Below, in pieces: positions 29,869-32,000 of a stretch of DNA of 32,000 nucleotides. A program made the translations under genes and the position numbers. Location of the stretch: the NCBI RefSeq assembly GCF_000175255.2, contig NC_017262.1, positions 990,001 through 1,022,000 on the forward strand, read 5' to 3'. Numbering within the stretch: the first letter of the stretch is position 1; each line of letters starts with the position of its first letter. The stretch is from Zymomonas mobilis subsp. mobilis ATCC 10988 (GTDB lineage Bacteria > Pseudomonadota > Alphaproteobacteria > Sphingomonadales > Sphingomonadaceae). The notes under the pieces are model-generated. The model ran no database searches. It had not been told where the DNA came from and was given only the letters and a program-made list of their open reading frames with translations.

Positions 29869-30624
29869 ATGCGTTTCCAAGATAAAATTGTCGTTATTAC
29901 CGGCGGTGGTAATGGTATGGGAAAAGCCGCAGCAGAGCGTTTTTCTTCGGAAGGGGCGATCGTTGTTCTGGCTGATTGGCAGATCAAAGATGCTGAAGAA
30001 GTAGCGGCTTCCTTGCCGAAGGATCGGGCATGGCCTTACAAGATTGATGTTTCAGATCCCGATGCCGTCAAAAAAATGATGGATGATATTGCGGCAAAAT
30101 ACGGCAAGATTGATGTTTTGGTGAATAATGCCGGTATTTTAATCCCCGGTAAGATTATGGATGCTTCGGTCGAGGATTGGAAAAAGATTTCATCGGTCAA
30201 TATTGATGGTGTTATCTACTGTGCCAAATTCGCGATGCCTTATCTCATAAAATCCAAGGGTTGTATTGTTAATACGGCCTCGGTTTCTGGTCTGGGTGGC
30301 GATTGGGGTATGGTTTATTATTGCACCACCAAAGGTGCGGTTGTGAACTTTACCCGTGCTTTGGCCTTGGATTCAGGCGTGAATGGTGTTCGCGTCAATT
30401 CGGTTTGCCCTTGCCTCGTTAAAACCAAAATGGCGGCTAATTGGCCGGAATCTGCCCAAGCCCAATTTAAAAATCGCGTTTCTTTGGGGCGTATTCCTGA
30501 AGCTGAAGAAATTGCGTCGGTTATGGCTTTCCTTGCCAGCGATGATGCCCGCTTTATCACGGGTGTAAATTTGCCGGTTGATGGTGGAGCAACGGCTTCA
30601 GATGGTCAGCCGCATTTGGGATGA
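29869..30624 (+). CDS. SDR family NAD(P)-dependent oxidoreductase
   Basis: KIVVITGGGNGMGKAAAERF, DVLVNNAGILIPG, YYCTTKGAVVNFTRALALDSG, and GVNLPVDGG. RBS aggaga upstream. Confidence 0.95.
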   Translation: MRFQDKIVVITGGGNGMGKAAAERFSSEGAIVVLADWQIKDAEEVAASLPKDRAWPYKIDVSDPDAVKKMMDDIAAKYGKIDVLVNNAGILIPGKIMDASVEDWKKISSVNIDGVIYCAKFAMPYLIKSKGCIVNTASVSGLGGDWGMVYYCTTKGAVVNFTRALALDSGVNGVRVNSVCPCLVKTKMAANWPESAQAQFKNRVSLGRIPEAEEIASVMAFLASDDARFITGVNLPVDGGATASDGQPHLG

Positions 30625-30658
30625 TAACCGCGCTCTCCCTATTTTCTTGGTAAGTCTG

Positions 30659-30700
30659 AAAATGGCGAGGCTTTGGGAACAAGGCTTCGCCATTTTTTAA
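30659..30700 (+). terminator. Strong hairpin terminator after the SDR gene
   Basis: AAAATGGCGAGGCTTTG-GGAA-CAAGGCTTCGCCATTTT-TT: 17-bp stem (two G-T pairs), GNRA-like tetraloop, T-run. Confidence 0.88.
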
Positions 30701-30708
30701 GCGATTGT

Positions 30709-30945
30709 TTAGATTATTTTGTAGCCGTGCTGTGTTTTGGCTTGGATATATTTTTCTAGGGCGCTTTGGGCTTCGGAAAGAGAAGAAAAAGAGAGGGCCT
30801 CTCGAAAATTATGGCGGCATTTTTGGCCGATGCGTCCCCAATCTTTCTTGATGATCCAGTCGTTGAACAAGCTAGGCGACAAGTAAAGCTGATAATAGCG
30901 ATACATATTTTTAGCGGGATCAATATGCTCAAGATGAACGATCAT
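30709..30945 (-). CDS. Stand-alone WGR domain protein
   Basis: 78 aa: LEHIDPAKNMYRYYQLYLSPSLFNDWIIKKDWGRIGQKCRHNFREALSFSSLSEAQSALEKYIQAKTQHGY contains the W-G-R core and flanking pattern. Confidence 0.8.
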   Translation of the reverse strand: MIVHLEHIDPAKNMYRYYQLYLSPSLFNDWIIKKDWGRIGQKCRHNFREALSFSSLSEAQSALEKYIQAKTQHGYKII

Positions 30946-31139
30946 CAGCCATAGCCTTTGATGTCTATTAGACGATCGTTTTAAAATAATAAAATAAAAG
31001 TAATTTTACAATTATAGGAAAAGAATAAAATTCTTTTTACGCAGAGAACGAGGCTTCAGATTTCTAGTCTCAAGACATAAATCTGTTTGTTTTTAAGGAT
31101 TTATATAAAGGATAAAGCGAAATTCGCGATAAGAAATAA

Positions 31140-31216
31140 TGGTCGGGGAAAGAGGATTCGAACCTCCGGCCCCTGCCTCCCGAAGGCAGTGCTCTACCAG
31201 GCTGAGCTATTCCCCG
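31140..31216 (-). tRNA. tRNA-Pro, anticodon CGG, CCA encoded
   Basis: Minus strand reads CGGGGAA-TA-GCTC-AGCCTGGTA-GAGC-A-CTGCC-TTCGGGA-GGCAG-GGGCC-GGAGG-TTCGAAT-CCTCT-TTCCCCG-A-CCA: full cloverleaf, 77 nt, G37 after CGG. Confidence 0.95.
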
Positions 31217-31559
31217 ACGATTTAAAGATAAGCTTGAAAAGCCTATCATTGCCTGATGACGGCTCTCATATAACTTGCATGATCGTCTGGCAAGCAGAAT
31301 TATACAAAAAACAGGAAAATTTTGATTTTTTAGGGTTGGAAATAGGCCAGAGCGCGTTTTTGTTAAAATTTCTATCTTTTAAAGACTGTGTTTTAAAAAT
31401 GGTGTTTTCTTAACAGCCTTTTGTAAATTTTTATGGATATGGCCAGACTGGGGCTGGCTGAGAAGTCGATATCGGCTATATCCTCGGCTTGATCGGCGGT
31501 TCCTCTTGGAATTTTTTCTGGTTGGTTTTTGTCTTTGCTGTTTGGATCTCTATCAATTT

Positions 31560-32000
31560 ATGCCTTCTTTATCTGAAATAATGCTTATTTTTGCCCGCGC
31601 TCAAAATGGCGTAATTGGCAAGGATAACACCATGCCTTGGCATATTTCTGCTGATTTGAAACATTTTAAGGCCTTAACGCTTGGTCATCCGATGATTATG
31701 GGGCGGCGGACTTTTGAGAGTTTGCCCGGCTTGCTGCCGAAAAGGCCACATATTGTTTTGACCCATAATCATCATTGGCAGGCGGAGGGTGCCGAAGCCG
31801 TTTGTGATTTGGAAGAGGCCATAAAAGCTGCTCGGAAATATAGTAGCCAGATCGCGGTGATTGGTGGAGCCAATATTTTTCAACAATTTTGGGATAAAGC
31901 GGATCGGATCGAACTGACCGAAATTTATCGCGATTATTCCGGTGATACCTTTGTCGATTTGCCGGATATGAATCATTTTTCTTTGGTAGGACAAGAGGAT
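31560..32000 (+). CDS. folA: Dihydrofolate reductase, 5' part (runs off the window)
   Basis: MLIFARAQNGVIGKDNTMPWHISADLKHFKALTLGHPMIMGRRTFESLPGLLPKRPHIVLTHN...IAVIGGANIFQQFWDKADRIELTEI. The start may be 31560 or the in-frame ATG at 31581. Confidence 0.95.
   Translation, partial: MPSLSEIMLIFARAQNGVIGKDNTMPWHISADLKHFKALTLGHPMIMGRRTFESLPGLLPKRPHIVLTHNHHWQAEGAEAVCDLEEAIKAARKYSSQIAVIGGANIFQQFWDKADRIELTEIYRDYSGDTFVDLPDMNHFSLVGQED

Noticed and set aside
31019-31038. AAAAGAAT-AAA-ATTCTTTT hairpin near the tRNA.
   Set aside because: A short stem made almost only of A/T with no following T-tract in either direction; too weak to call a terminator.
31087-31413. 108-aa + strand ORF overlapping the tRNA-Pro gene.
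   Set aside because: It reads through the antisense of a full-cloverleaf tRNA and has no recognisable protein features.
1-32000. CRISPR arrays, IS elements, prophage, integrase or toxin-antitoxin system.
   Set aside because: No regularly spaced repeats, transposase, integrase or phage-like ORFs seen. The RHH and small proteins have no partner toxin next to them.

Overview
This 32 kb window looks like an ordinary, densely packed alphaproteobacterial chromosome. Gene content, gene order and codon style resemble Zymomonas, but that is from memory and inference. I see no phage, IS element, CRISPR array, integron or recognisable defence island. The left part holds the 3' part of an RND efflux pump gene (truncated by the window edge), an overlapping NodT-type outer-membrane factor, a convergent SIMPL/DUF541 gene and a stand-alone HlyD-like adaptor. 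The middle is mostly housekeeping: DUF445, lgt, a sugar-porter MFS gene, rpmB, tadA, a CorC/HlyC CBS protein, a membrane-anchored HhH protein, purD, xseA, a PepSY-type protein, an RHH protein, hemH, a Dabb protein, and a GT4 plus KpsC-like pair. The right part holds an SDR with a possible Tat signal, a proC-like gene, an M20 amidohydrolase plus ATC-hydrolase-family pair, a cardiolipin synthase-like gene, an MliC-like lipoprotein, a second SDR, a WGR-only protein, tRNA-Pro(CGG), and the 5' part of a type-3 folA. No wholly new system is convincingly visible. The leads most worth checking are: (1) the M20 amidohydrolase plus ATC-hydrolase pair, which mirrors the two-step cyclic-thiazoline to cysteine pathway; (2) an SDR with a twin-arginine-like leader, possibly a periplasmic oxidoreductase like GFOR; (3) the purD/xseA start codons interlocked in one CATG; (4) a ~680 bp AT-rich intergenic region with two dyads and a possible 33-aa ORF; and (5) a small MliC-like lipoprotein.
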